Made by a program: the position numbers and the translations under genes
The notes under the pieces: generated by a model
What the model was told of the DNA's origin: nothing
Seen by the model: the letters and a program-made list of their open reading frames with translations, nothing else
Database searches by the model: none
From: Rhodospirillales bacterium
GTDB lineage: Bacteria > Pseudomonadota > Alphaproteobacteria > Rhodospirillales > Casp-alpha2
Reading direction: 5' to 3'
DNA: 64,000 nucleotides
NCBI GenBank assembly: GCA_048263775.1
Contig: JBLXDU010000005.1
Coordinates: 76,953-140,952 of the forward strand
Shown here: piece by piece, positions 55,389 to 64,000 of the stretch
Position numbering within the stretch: the stretch's first letter is position 1
How the letters are laid out: each line of letters starts with the position of its first letter

Positions 55389-56552
55389 TTACCGGCCCGC
55401 GCCGACCACGGCATCCGGCCCGTCATCCCCCAGCACATCGGCGGGCAATTCATCCATCTTGGTCAGCAGATATTCCAGGTCCGAGGACTCGAACTCGACG
55501 CCCAGATCGTCGTACTGGGTCATGATCCGCTCGATCATGCGCCGGGCATAACGTTCGCGGTCATTCTCGCCGCCGTCCATCTGCGTTTCCCGGCTGACAT
55601 CCAGCGCCGCGCGCACGGCCATGAACTGGGCCGGCGGCAGCTTGGCCTTGTCGAACACGGCGCGCAGCCCCAGAGGGCCGCGGTCGTGGATCAGGCGCCG
55701 CGCGTTATCCAGCGTGACCCCCGCCCGTGTCGCCATCGCGCACTCGAAGAACGTGATGTCGCCCATGCAGAGTGCCCGCAGGGTGATCGACGGCGTCAGG
55801 CGGCCGTTGTCGTTTAACTGGCGGGCCAGGATCATCACGTCATCGACACTGGAATCGGAGGACAGGCTGATGGTTGCCCGTTCACGCGATTGCAGGATGA
55901 TGTCCGTGGTCATCGCCGCCGGCAGTTCGTGGCGCTTGACCAACTCGTCACGCAGGTTTTCCGACACCAAGGTCACCAAGCGTTCGGCCACCGTCACCGG
56001 CAAAGAGGCCCGGTTGACCATGGCTGACTGCACCCCGGCGCGGTCGCCGAAATCGTCGACCACCTTCTGGAACGTGCTTTCGGAAATCGCCGCTCCCTCG
56101 TTAGCGACCAGACGGGTCACCGCCGCCTCGTTGCCGGAACTGACCAGAGCATCGGACAATGCCTCCGACACGGTGGCGCGCCCGGCGACGGCTTCCTGCT
56201 TGGCGGGGTCTTGCGACCCGATGATGGCGATCAGGTCATCATCGTTGAGAACCTGGGAAAATTCGATCATCGGCAACGCCACCTGGTCGATGTCGTTGGC
56301 CAGTGCCACCGCCACGTCATGCGGCACGTTGCCGTTCTGCTTCAGGTTTTCCGTCAACGCCTGACGTACGCGGACTTCCGCGTCCTTGACCATCAGGCGA
56401 AAAATTTCTTCTGCCAGGGCCCGCTCGGTGGGGCTTAGCTTGCCGGGATCGAAGGCCACGGCGACCTTGGCCGCGGTTGCCGCGCGGTTGTCCGGCGTGG
56501 GGTCGGACAAAAGCTTGGCGACATCCGCTTTGCTTAGATTATCTGCTGGCAT
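55389..56552 (-). CDS. DUF2336 domain-containing protein
   Basis: 387-aa all-helical repeat ORF. ERALAEEIFRLMVKDAEVRVRQALTENLKQNGNVPHDVAVALANDIDQVALPMIEFSQVL is the typical DUF2336 pattern. Confidence 0.8.
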   Translation of the reverse strand: MPADNLSKADVAKLLSDPTPDNRAATAAKVAVAFDPGKLSPTERALAEEIFRLMVKDAEVRVRQALTENLKQNGNVPHDVAVALANDIDQVALPMIEFSQVLNDDDLIAIIGSQDPAKQEAVAGRATVSEALSDALVSSGNEAAVTRLVANEGAAISESTFQKVVDDFGDRAGVQSAMVNRASLPVTVAERLVTLVSENLRDELVKRHELPAAMTTDIILQSRERATISLSSDSSVDDVMILARQLNDNGRLTPSITLRALCMGDITFFECAMATRAGVTLDNARRLIHDRGPLGLRAVFDKAKLPPAQFMAVRAALDVSRETQMDGGENDRERYARRMIERIMTQYDDLGVEFESSDLEYLLTKMDELPADVLGDDGPDAVVGAGR

Positions 56553-56770
56553 GAGTCTGCAACGCTCCTTTCACAGTCCGGGGAATCCCCCATGACTGCG
56601 CCCACGACTTCCATGATGCACAGTATAATGCGGATCGGCGGGCGAATGAAATCATCTCCGCCGGCCAGGGTTGCCGATTGCGCATTCCCGGCGTGATGCA
56701 GATAATGCGAGCCCACCTGTAAGGGTGCGCCCAAGATTACCAACCAAAACACGACGAAGGGTTTTGTCTC

Positions 56771-57187
56771 ATGAAACATGCTTCCTTGATGGCCGCCGCG
56801 GTCGCCGGCTTCGCGGCATCGATGATGGTCGCCGCGGCGCCCGTTCAGGCCGACGCCGCCAAGGCGTTCAAGAAAAACCGCTGCGCCCAATGTCATACGG
56901 TGTCGGGCAAACACACCATCGGCCCGTCCCTCAATGGCATCATCGGCCGCAAGGCCGGCACGGCCGAAGGCTTCAAGACGTCACGCTATTCCAGTTCCAT
57001 GGTCGCCGCCGGTGAAAAGGGCCTGGTCTGGGACGCCAAGTCACTCGACGGCTATCTCGCCGACCCCAAGCAGTTCCTGCGGGACTACCTGAGCGACCCC
57101 AAGGCATCGACCAAGATGGCCTATCCGGGCCTGAAGAAGGCAGACGAGCGCGCCCTGGTCATCGAATACCTGACCAACGCGAAGTGA
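56771..57187 (+). CDS. Class I c-type cytochrome (cytochrome c2/c550-like)
   Basis: Signal peptide, haem motif CAQCH, GPSLNGIIGRKAG, and the distal Met region KMAYPGLKK. Confidence 0.9.
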   Translation: MKHASLMAAAVAGFAASMMVAAAPVQADAAKAFKKNRCAQCHTVSGKHTIGPSLNGIIGRKAGTAEGFKTSRYSSSMVAAGEKGLVWDAKSLDGYLADPKQFLRDYLSDPKASTKMAYPGLKKADERALVIEYLTNAK

Positions 57188-57193
57188 CCGGAT

Positions 57194-57220
57194 CGCCGCG
57201 GCCGCCCAGCGGCCGCGGCG
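57194..57220. terminator. GC-rich perfect hairpin between convergent genes
   Basis: GCCGCGGCCGC-CCA-GCGGCCGCGGC (11-bp stem). There is no U-run, so intrinsic termination is uncertain. Confidence 0.45.
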
Positions 57221-57223
57221 CCT

Positions 57224-58261
57224 TCACTTAATCAGTCCCGCCTCCCGAAAGTACCGCGCGGCCCCCGCGTGCAGAGGGGCGGTCAGGGAATCTCGCACCA
57301 TTTCCTCTTTCCGCAGATTGGCCAGGGCCGGGTGCATATCGCGGAAGACATCAAAATTATCGAACACGGCCTTCACGATCGTATAAATGACTTCGGGCTT
57401 GGTCTTGGTCGAACTGACCAGCGTTGCGCCGACACCGAATGTCTTTATGTCTTTCGGGTTGCCCCGATACATGCCGCCCGGAATCACCGCCCAGCGATAG
57501 AAAGGGCTGGTCTTGACCAGCGCCTGGATGCCCGGGCCGTCGATCGGCACCAGCACCGCGGCGCAGGCGTTCGCCGTTTCGCGGGTCGCGGCGGATGGAT
57601 GGCCGACCAGCGCGAAGAAGGCATCAACCTTGTTGTCGCACAGGGCCTCCCCCTGCTGGTTGGCCTTGAACTCGGCCGCCAATCCCAGATCGCGACGGGT
57701 CCAACCAAGCGCCTGTTCGATCACCTGCCAGGTTGCCAGCGTCCCTGAACCGGGATTGCCGATGTTCATGCGCCGGCCCTTGACGTCGTTGATGTGCTTG
57801 ATGCCCGAATCCGCCCGCGCCATAAGGGTCACCGGCTCAGCATGCAGCGAGAACACGGAGCGCAACTCGCTATAAGGGCCGCGTTTCTCGAACGGCCCTT
57901 CGCCGCGCAAAGCGCTGTACTGGGTATCGGACTGGGCCAACCCCAGGTCCAGATCGCCGGAGCGGATCGCGTTGATGTTGAACACCGACCCAAAGGTCGA
58001 TTCAGCCGAACAGCGCACGCCATGGTCCTTGCGGCCCTTGTTGACCAGCCGACAAATGGCCCCGCCGGCGGGGAAATAGACCCCCGTAACCCCGCCCGTG
58101 CCGACCGAAATGAATTCGGCTGCCCGCGCTGCCCCCGGCCCCACCGCCGTCCAGACGATGGACAGCACCATGATCAAAGCACCCGGTCTAACCCACATTC
58201 GTCTGCTCCCTGGTGGATGCCTGCTGCCTATGTTCCGTGCGAAGGACACCATCGGCCCCAC
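57224..58261 (-). CDS. TAXI-family TRAP transporter solute-binding protein (paralogue 2)
   Basis: FISVGTGGVTGVYFPAGGAICRLVN ... GSVFNINAIRSGDLDLGLAQSD ... NIGNPGSGT are TAXI blocks. The true start is probably an internal ATG (MWVRPGALIMVLSIVW...). Confidence 0.85.
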   Translation of the reverse strand: MGPMVSFARNIGSRHPPGSRRMWVRPGALIMVLSIVWTAVGPGAARAAEFISVGTGGVTGVYFPAGGAICRLVNKGRKDHGVRCSAESTFGSVFNINAIRSGDLDLGLAQSDTQYSALRGEGPFEKRGPYSELRSVFSLHAEPVTLMARADSGIKHINDVKGRRMNIGNPGSGTLATWQVIEQALGWTRRDLGLAAEFKANQQGEALCDNKVDAFFALVGHPSAATRETANACAAVLVPIDGPGIQALVKTSPFYRWAVIPGGMYRGNPKDIKTFGVGATLVSSTKTKPEVIYTIVKAVFDNFDVFRDMHPALANLRKEEMVRDSLTAPLHAGAARYFREAGLIK

Positions 58262-58340
58262 GCGCTCGGATGATAGCCGTTCCCATAGCGTTTGATGAGG
58301 CCTGATATATACGGAAATGCCTGGGGCCGAATGCCGCCGG

Positions 58341-58763
58341 TCAGTGGCGGACGATCAGGACTGATTGCTTGGCCTGATGGGCGACCTTATCCGCATTATG
58401 GCCGAGCATGTCGGCGTCGGTGCGCCGGTCACAGAGGATGATCAAGTCGCAATCGGTTTCCTTCGCGCCGCGGAGGATTTCCTCATAGACCCGGCCGTGG
58501 CCGACGATGTGCTGTTTCTTGATCCCGCTCGGGATGTTCGCCTTGGTCCAGGTATGCAGGCGGGCGGCCGCTTCTTCCATGGTTTTCTTTTCATAGCCTT
58601 TGGGAAAGAAATTGGCGACCAGGGAGGACCCGAAGGTCGGGATGACGACCATCACATGGAGCGTCGCCCCGAACTTTTCAGCAAGTTCGATGGCGATCGG
58701 CGCGGAGGCCGTCCAGGACGATTTGTCGTCAATGTCGATGGCAAGGAGGATGTCCTTATACAT
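58341..58763 (-). CDS. Universal stress protein (UspA family)
   Basis: 140-aa ORF. MYKDILLAIDIDD ... DLIILCDRR ... GHNADKVAHQAKQSVLIVR is the typical single-domain USP pattern. Confidence 0.85.
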   Translation of the reverse strand: MYKDILLAIDIDDKSSWTASAPIAIELAEKFGATLHVMVVIPTFGSSLVANFFPKGYEKKTMEEAAARLHTWTKANIPSGIKKQHIVGHGRVYEEILRGAKETDCDLIILCDRRTDADMLGHNADKVAHQAKQSVLIVRH

Positions 58764-58781
58764 GTCTTACGGGCTCCTCGG

Positions 58782-61373
58782 TCAGGCCGCCTGGGCCGAT
58801 GTTTTGCGGATACGTGCTTTCTGCGCCAGGACGACCAGACACAGAATCAGCAACGCGGGAAGATAGACCCAATACTTGTTCAGCTGATCGGCCGGTTGCA
58901 GGACATGGGTGATTTCCTGATCCCAATCCAGGCCCGCCTTCTTGGCTTCGGAACCGAAGGCGACGTCATCGATCAGAACTTTACCATCCTCCTGGCGGAC
59001 CGTGATGCCGGCGGCCTTGATGCGCTCGTCCCCGCTTGCCGCCGGCCCCATGGGCAGCACGACCATCCATTCGCGGGGATTTCCGATATCGTCCTTGCCG
59101 GAGATCATCAGACGGATTTTTTCACCTTCCGGCGTCTTTTCGAAGGCCGTCGCCATTTCCGCCGGCTTGTGGTCGATGTAGGGTGCCGAAACCATGTCCA
59201 TCCAGAACCCGGGCCGGAAGAACGAGAACGCCAACAACAGCAGCAGCGCCGTCTCCCATATCTTGCTTTTGGTCAGGAAGTAGCCCTGGGTCGCCGCCGC
59301 GAACAATAGCATCGCCAATGTCGCCGTGAGGAATATGAACACGCCGTGCAGGGCGTCCACGTCGATCAGCAGCAGATCCGTGTTGAAGATGAACAGGAAC
59401 GGCAGCGCCGCCGTGCGTAGCGAATAGAAGAACGCGACGAAGCCGGTGCGGATCGGATCACCGCCGGATACGGCGGCGGCGGCAAAGGACGCCAACCCCA
59501 CGGGCGGCGTCACATCGGCCATGATCCCGAAATAGAACACGAACAGATGCACCGCGATCAGCGGCACGATCAGGCCGTTCTGCTGCCCCAGGGTCACGAT
59601 GACAGGGGCCAGCAACGCCGACACCACGATGTAGTTCGCCGTGGTCGGCAGGCCCATGCCCAGGATCAGCGACAGGAAAGCGGTCAGGAACAGGATCGCC
59701 ATCAAGTTGCCGCCGGACAGAACCTCGACCACGTCGGCCAGGGCCGAGCCCACGCCGGTCTGGCTGACCACGCCGACGATGATCCCGGCGGTCGCCGTGG
59801 CGATACCGATACCGATCATGTTGCGGGCCCCGGTGACCAGGCCGTCGAGCAATTCGTGCCAGCCGCGTTTGATTTGGGCGTTGAAATCCGTCTGGTTGCG
59901 GAAATAGGCGTATATCGGGCGCTGGGTCAGCAGGATGAAGATCATCAGCACCGAACCCCAGAACGCCGACAGGCCGGGCGACAGCTGTTCGACCATCAGG
60001 CACCACACCAGGACGATGACCGGCAGCAGGAAATGCAGGCCCGACTTGATGGTCGGTGCCGGTTCGGGAAGGCTGAGCACCGGCTGGTTCGGGTCATCCA
60101 TCTTGAGGTCCGGGTACTGGGCGGCAAAGCGCACCAGCAGGACATAGACGACGGCAATACCAAAGGCGACGACGAGCGACGCATAGCCGCCCAGGATCGG
60201 CTTCATCCAGCCAAGCCCGTAATAGACCGCCAGCGACAGGCCGGACACCATGGCGATGCCGAAGGCCAGACCAACCAGGCGCTGCACCCAAGGCTTGGGC
60301 TCGACCGCGCGCGGCAGGCCTTCCATACCCAGCTTCATGGCTTCCAGGTGTACGATGTAGACTAGGGCGATGTAGCTGATCAGGGCCGGAACGAAGGCGT
60401 GCTTGACCACGTCGAAATAGGGGATACCCACGTATTCGACCATGAGGAATGCCGCAGCGCCCATGACGGGTGGCATGATCTGACCGTTGACCGAGGACGC
60501 GACCTCGACAGCCCCCGCCTTCTCGCTGGAAAACCCGACCCGCTTCATAAGCGGAATGGTGAAGGTGCCGGTGGTCACGACGTTGGCGATGGAGGAGCCG
60601 GAGATCAGACCGGTCATGGCAGAGGCGACGACGGCGGCCTTGGCCGGGCCGCCCTTCATATGGCCCATCAGCGAGAACGCAACCTGAATGAAGTAGTTGC
60701 CCGCCCCGGCCTTGTCCAACAAGGCGCCGAACAGCACGAACAGGAACACGAAACTGGTGGAAACACCGAGCGCGATGCCGAACACGCCTTCGGTGGTGAT
60801 CCAGTGGTGGTTGACCACTTCGGCCAGGGAATTGCCCTTATGGGCGATGATCCCGGGCATGTAGGGGCCCAGGAAGGTATAGAGCAGAAATACGGAGGCA
60901 ACGATGGCAAGTGCCGGGCCCAGCGCCCGGCGGGTCGCTTCCAGCAGAAGCAGTACCCCGATCACGGCGACCACGAAGTCCTGTTCGATCGGCGCGCCAA
61001 CACGGTCGGCGATGTCGCGGTAGAACACAAACAGATAGGACGCGCTGATGGCGCCGACAAAGGCGAAGACGATGTCCAAGATGGGAATGTAATTGCGGGG
61101 CGAGCGGCTAAATGCCGGATAGGCCAGGAATGCGAGGAAGATCGCGAAGGCCAGATGGATCGAGCGGGCCTCGGTATCGTTAAACACGCCGATGTGCAGC
61201 GCGAAGGGCAGCGGTGACGCGAACCAAAGCTGGAACAAGGACCAAGCCAGGGCCGTGGAGAACAGGACCGCCGTCCAGACCTTGCCGGGTTGACGCCCAC
61301 CGGTATCAGTCGATGCTACGAGGTCGGCCAACTCGTCGGTGCTGGCACCGGTTTCTTTGGTCTGTTCGCTCAT
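58782..61373 (-). CDS. TRAP transporter fused permease subunit (DctQ-DctM fusion, TAXI-associated type)
   Basis: 863-aa highly hydrophobic ORF with many TM segments. It lies directly downstream of a TAXI binding-protein gene. Confidence 0.9.
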   Translation of the reverse strand: MSEQTKETGASTDELADLVASTDTGGRQPGKVWTAVLFSTALAWSLFQLWFASPLPFALHIGVFNDTEARSIHLAFAIFLAFLAYPAFSRSPRNYIPILDIVFAFVGAISASYLFVFYRDIADRVGAPIEQDFVVAVIGVLLLLEATRRALGPALAIVASVFLLYTFLGPYMPGIIAHKGNSLAEVVNHHWITTEGVFGIALGVSTSFVFLFVLFGALLDKAGAGNYFIQVAFSLMGHMKGGPAKAAVVASAMTGLISGSSIANVVTTGTFTIPLMKRVGFSSEKAGAVEVASSVNGQIMPPVMGAAAFLMVEYVGIPYFDVVKHAFVPALISYIALVYIVHLEAMKLGMEGLPRAVEPKPWVQRLVGLAFGIAMVSGLSLAVYYGLGWMKPILGGYASLVVAFGIAVVYVLLVRFAAQYPDLKMDDPNQPVLSLPEPAPTIKSGLHFLLPVIVLVWCLMVEQLSPGLSAFWGSVLMIFILLTQRPIYAYFRNQTDFNAQIKRGWHELLDGLVTGARNMIGIGIATATAGIIVGVVSQTGVGSALADVVEVLSGGNLMAILFLTAFLSLILGMGLPTTANYIVVSALLAPVIVTLGQQNGLIVPLIAVHLFVFYFGIMADVTPPVGLASFAAAAVSGGDPIRTGFVAFFYSLRTAALPFLFIFNTDLLLIDVDALHGVFIFLTATLAMLLFAAATQGYFLTKSKIWETALLLLLAFSFFRPGFWMDMVSAPYIDHKPAEMATAFEKTPEGEKIRLMISGKDDIGNPREWMVVLPMGPAASGDERIKAAGITVRQEDGKVLIDDVAFGSEAKKAGLDWDQEITHVLQPADQLNKYWVYLPALLILCLVVLAQKARIRKTSAQAA

Positions 61374-61478
61374 TGTCGTCTCGCTTTTTTCTCAGGCCCC
61401 CAAAGGCATCGCCGCGAAGGCGGTCGATGTGCCGTCCAGTGCCGGTCTCTCCCGTCCCGGCGATCGGCGGACGAAATG

Positions 61479-61506
61479 CTTCCCCGCCGGTGGCCCGGCG
61501 GGGAAG
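61479..61506 (-). other. Perfect 12-bp intercistronic hairpin between the binding-protein and permease genes
   Basis: CTTCCCCGCCGG-TGGC-CCGGCGGGGAAG, 11 nt after the TAXI stop (61517). On the minus strand it is followed by CATTTCGTCC, i.e. no clean U-run. Confidence 0.45.
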
Positions 61507-61516
61507 CCTTCGCTGA

Positions 61517-62500
61517 TTACTTCAACCAGCCTTTTTCCTTGTAGTACTTGGCCGCGCCGCTATGCAGCGGGGCCGAGTTGCCGGCGGCGATCATGTCCGT
61601 TTCCTTCAGATGTTCGAAGGCCGGGTGCAGCTTCTTGAAGCGCCCGAAGTTGTCGAACACGGCCTTGACGACCTGATAGACCACGTCGTCCGGCACCTTG
61701 GCCGAAGACACGAAGGTCGCCTTCACGCCGAAGGTCTTCACGTCGTCCGGGTTGCCCCGATACATGCCGCCCGGAACGGTGGCATGGGCGTAATAGGGAT
61801 TGTCGGAAACCAGCTTGTCGATGGCCGGGCCGACCACGGGGATCAGGAGCGCGTCGGTCGTCGTCGTTGCTTCCTGGATCGAGCCGTTCGGATGACCCGC
61901 CGTGAACACGATGGCGTCGACCTTGTTATCGCCAAGCGCCGCCGCCTGTTCCGAGGACTTCAATTCGGACGCCAGGGAAAACGCGGACTCATCCCAACCG
62001 AGAGCTTCAAGCACGACGCTCATGGTCGCGCGCTGGCCGGAACCGGGGTTGCCGACATTGACGCGCTTGCCCTTCAGGTCATCAAACTTGGTGGCGCCGG
62101 AATCCTTGCGGGCAACCACGGTGAACGGCTCACCATGAACCGAGAACACCGACCGCAGGTCCTTGAAGGCACCGTCGTCCTTGAACTTCGAGGTGCCGTG
62201 ATAGGCATGATACTGCCAGTCGGACTGGGCCACGCCCATATCCTGGTTGCCTGCCTTGATGGCATTGATGTTGGCGATGGAACCACCGGTCGACGGCGCC
62301 GTGCACTTGATGCCGTGCTTCGACGTGTTGCGGTTGACCAGTTTGCAGATCGACTGGCCGACGACGAAGTACACGCCGGTCTGCCCGCCGGTGCCGATGG
62401 TGATGAATTTCTCATCTGCTGCCTGGGCGCCGCCGAAGGTCGCCGCCATCGCGGCGACGGCGACGGTCGCGGCCAGAGTTTTTCTCAGGAACATTTCCAT
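61517..62500 (-). CDS. TAXI-family TRAP transporter solute-binding protein (paralogue 1, operon-leading)
   Basis: Signal peptide MEMFLRKTLAATVAVAAMAATFGGAQA. FITIGTGGQTGVYFVVGQSICKLVN ... GGSIANINAIKAGNQDMGVAQSD ... NVGNPGSGQ. AAGGAGGAA SD. Confidence 0.9.
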   Translation of the reverse strand: MEMFLRKTLAATVAVAAMAATFGGAQAADEKFITIGTGGQTGVYFVVGQSICKLVNRNTSKHGIKCTAPSTGGSIANINAIKAGNQDMGVAQSDWQYHAYHGTSKFKDDGAFKDLRSVFSVHGEPFTVVARKDSGATKFDDLKGKRVNVGNPGSGQRATMSVVLEALGWDESAFSLASELKSSEQAAALGDNKVDAIVFTAGHPNGSIQEATTTTDALLIPVVGPAIDKLVSDNPYYAHATVPGGMYRGNPDDVKTFGVKATFVSSAKVPDDVVYQVVKAVFDNFGRFKKLHPAFEHLKETDMIAAGNSAPLHSGAAKYYKEKGWLK

Positions 62501-62974
62501 TCCTCCTTGGATTTTATCGGGTTGGGTAATGAATGAACGCCGAGACGCGGCACAAGCCGCGCCGTTCGGCTTGGGGAGTCCCAGGATCCGCGTTCACCCC
62601 GATACGGGGCCGATGCGGACGTCCGGGTGATCCGCCGGGGACAAACCCGGCGTATCGGCGCGCAAGAACCTGGGGCCGCAGCCCCCGAAGCTGTCCCGCG
62701 GGACCGAATTTCGCTGAATGAATGGATAGGTTTCCGCCGCGCCGAGCCAGCGAACGGCCTGGTATACCAAGGAATAGGGCCGACTGCCGGCACCGGTGCA
62801 CAAACTTTCACCGTTGGCGTCTTATTCAGACTGCCCCCTGAAAATGCCATGTGATTCCCTGATCCATGTCGTTGCCGCGAAGTGTAACACATCGCCGGGA
62901 AAGGCCAACGGCGAAGATTAACCTTGTCTCATGCTGTGCGGAATTGTTCGGAAGAAAAACGAAAACACATGACC

Positions 62975-63979
62975 TCAAGGCAGACGCCCGACCTCCCGCA
63001 AATATTGCGCCGCCCCCGGATGATGAGGCGCGGTGATACCCTTGCGTGCCATTTCCAGCGGATACAGGCGGTAGAATGCCGGATGCTTTGACGTGATGAA
63101 ATGCAGGTTCTCGAACACCGCTTTGGTCACTTGATAAGCCGTCGCGGCATCCAGTTGCGCCCCGGCCATGACCGTCGCGACAAGACCGACCGTCGGGACA
63201 TCCGCCGTCAGGCCGCTATAGGCTTCCTTTGGGATCAGCGCGTGCACGTAATAGGGGTTGGATGAAATCAGCCGGTCCGCGGCGGCGCCCGATACGGGAA
63301 TGAAACCGATACCGCAAAGCTTGATCAGCTTGTTCAAGATGCCGTTGGGGTGCCCTGCAAGAAAGGTCGTAAGGTCGACCTTACGTCCGCAGATTGCGTT
63401 GTATTGCTCCGTCGCCTTGAGGGTCGCGACCAGAGGAAAACTGTTGAGCGGCAAACCCATAGCATCGAACAAAAGCCGCATTGTCGCGTTGGTGCCCGAT
63501 GTCACCTTGCCGATATTGACCCGCTTGCCTGCGATATCGCTCAGCCCATTGATCCCACTGTCCTTCCTGGCCATGACGGCCAGTGATTCCGGATGAGCGG
63601 AAAACAGGCTGTAGATTCCCTTGACCGCACCGATGTTGGCGAAGGTGCCTGTTCCTTTGACCGCATGGTATTGGACATCCGACTGGACGATGCCCAGATC
63701 GTAGGTGCCCTTCTTGATACCGATGATGTTGTCGATGGAGCCCTTACTAGTCACGGCCTCGCATCGCGTGCCGCGCATTTCCCGCCGCACGACATCACAA
63801 ATCGCCTTGCCAAGCTGGATATAGACGCCGCCGTTGCTGCCGGTGCCGATGGTCAGGGATTTCGCCTGGGCCGGAAAGACAAGTCCTGCCCCCAAGAGCA
63901 AGGCAACCCCTGCTATGAACATGACTACAGCCGGCGCCCCCCTGAACCGGTGTCCGCCCAGGCCATCTTGCTCGATCAT
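62975..63979 (-). CDS. TAXI-family TRAP transporter solute-binding protein (paralogue 3)
   Basis: LTIGTGSNGGVYIQLGKAICDVV ... GSIDNIIGIKKGTYDLGIVQSD ... NIGKVTSGT. Visibly AT-richer than paralogues 1 and 2. The start is 63979 or the ATG 19 codons in. Confidence 0.85.
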   Translation of the reverse strand: MIEQDGLGGHRFRGAPAVVMFIAGVALLLGAGLVFPAQAKSLTIGTGSNGGVYIQLGKAICDVVRREMRGTRCEAVTSKGSIDNIIGIKKGTYDLGIVQSDVQYHAVKGTGTFANIGAVKGIYSLFSAHPESLAVMARKDSGINGLSDIAGKRVNIGKVTSGTNATMRLLFDAMGLPLNSFPLVATLKATEQYNAICGRKVDLTTFLAGHPNGILNKLIKLCGIGFIPVSGAAADRLISSNPYYVHALIPKEAYSGLTADVPTVGLVATVMAGAQLDAATAYQVTKAVFENLHFITSKHPAFYRLYPLEMARKGITAPHHPGAAQYLREVGRLP

Positions 63980-64000
63980 GTTTCAAGTGCCCCTTCTTTT

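Noticed and set aside
57194-57220. The GCCGCGGCCGC-CCA-GCGGCCGCGGC palindrome as a mobile repeat (REP/MITE-like) element.
   Set aside because: I found only this single copy in the window. It sits exactly between two convergent stop codons, which is most simply explained as a transcription-terminating or mRNA-stabilising hairpin.

Overview
This is a 64-kb chromosomal segment from a visibly GC-rich Gram-negative bacterium. Gene content and order suggest an alphaproteobacterium, possibly Rhodospirillales-like: glyQ-glyS-ppdK, split glycyl-tRNA synthetase, DUF2336, YgfZ, cytochrome c2-type, many TRAP/TAXI genes. The taxon call is inference only.

I support about 60 protein genes, 2 tRNAs (Met-CAT and Pro-CGG), several Rho-independent terminator hairpins and a handful of candidate operator palindromes. 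I saw no rRNA, CRISPR array, transposase, integrase or phage genes.

Most of the very long ORFs in the six-frame track are antisense artefacts of GC-rich coding sequence, for example the 1607-aa ORF at 15853..20676. Several minus-strand ORFs also carry spurious N-terminal extensions. I trimmed these to starts supported by Shine-Dalgarno sequences or by ATGA/GTGA overlaps with the upstream gene.

Content from left to right:
- A redox/enolase-superfamily neighbourhood.
- An IclR-regulated pair of acyl-CoA dehydrogenases.
- A GntR / alpha-beta hydrolase / DMT exporter operon.
- An ammonium-transporter::histidine-kinase fusion gene.
- An MFS efflux pump and tRNA-Met.
- acuI, pyrC and an LPS-core-like glycosyltransferase operon.
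- ygfZ.
- An amidase + NitT/TauT ABC importer + IclR module.
- A visibly lower-GC glycan-modification island (GT8-like, GT2, MBOAT + unknown membrane-anchored partner).
- ppdK-glyS-glyQ and housekeeping genes.
- A CYTH-CHAD / ParA-like / HTH operon, then tRNA-Pro.
- A perfect FNR/FixK box next to a 34-codon hydrophobic ORF and a membrane-anchored orphan DctP-like protein.
- A TAXI-type TRAP transporter locus with three binding-protein paralogues and an embedded universal stress protein.

The most interesting candidates are the Amt-sensor kinase fusion, the MBOAT/partner pair in the low-GC island, the CHAD-ParA-HTH operon, the perfect-consensus FNR-type and CRP-type sites in front of tiny ORFs, and the multi-receptor TAXI-TRAP locus.

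All functional calls rest on my recognition of motifs in the translated ORFs. No database search was run.
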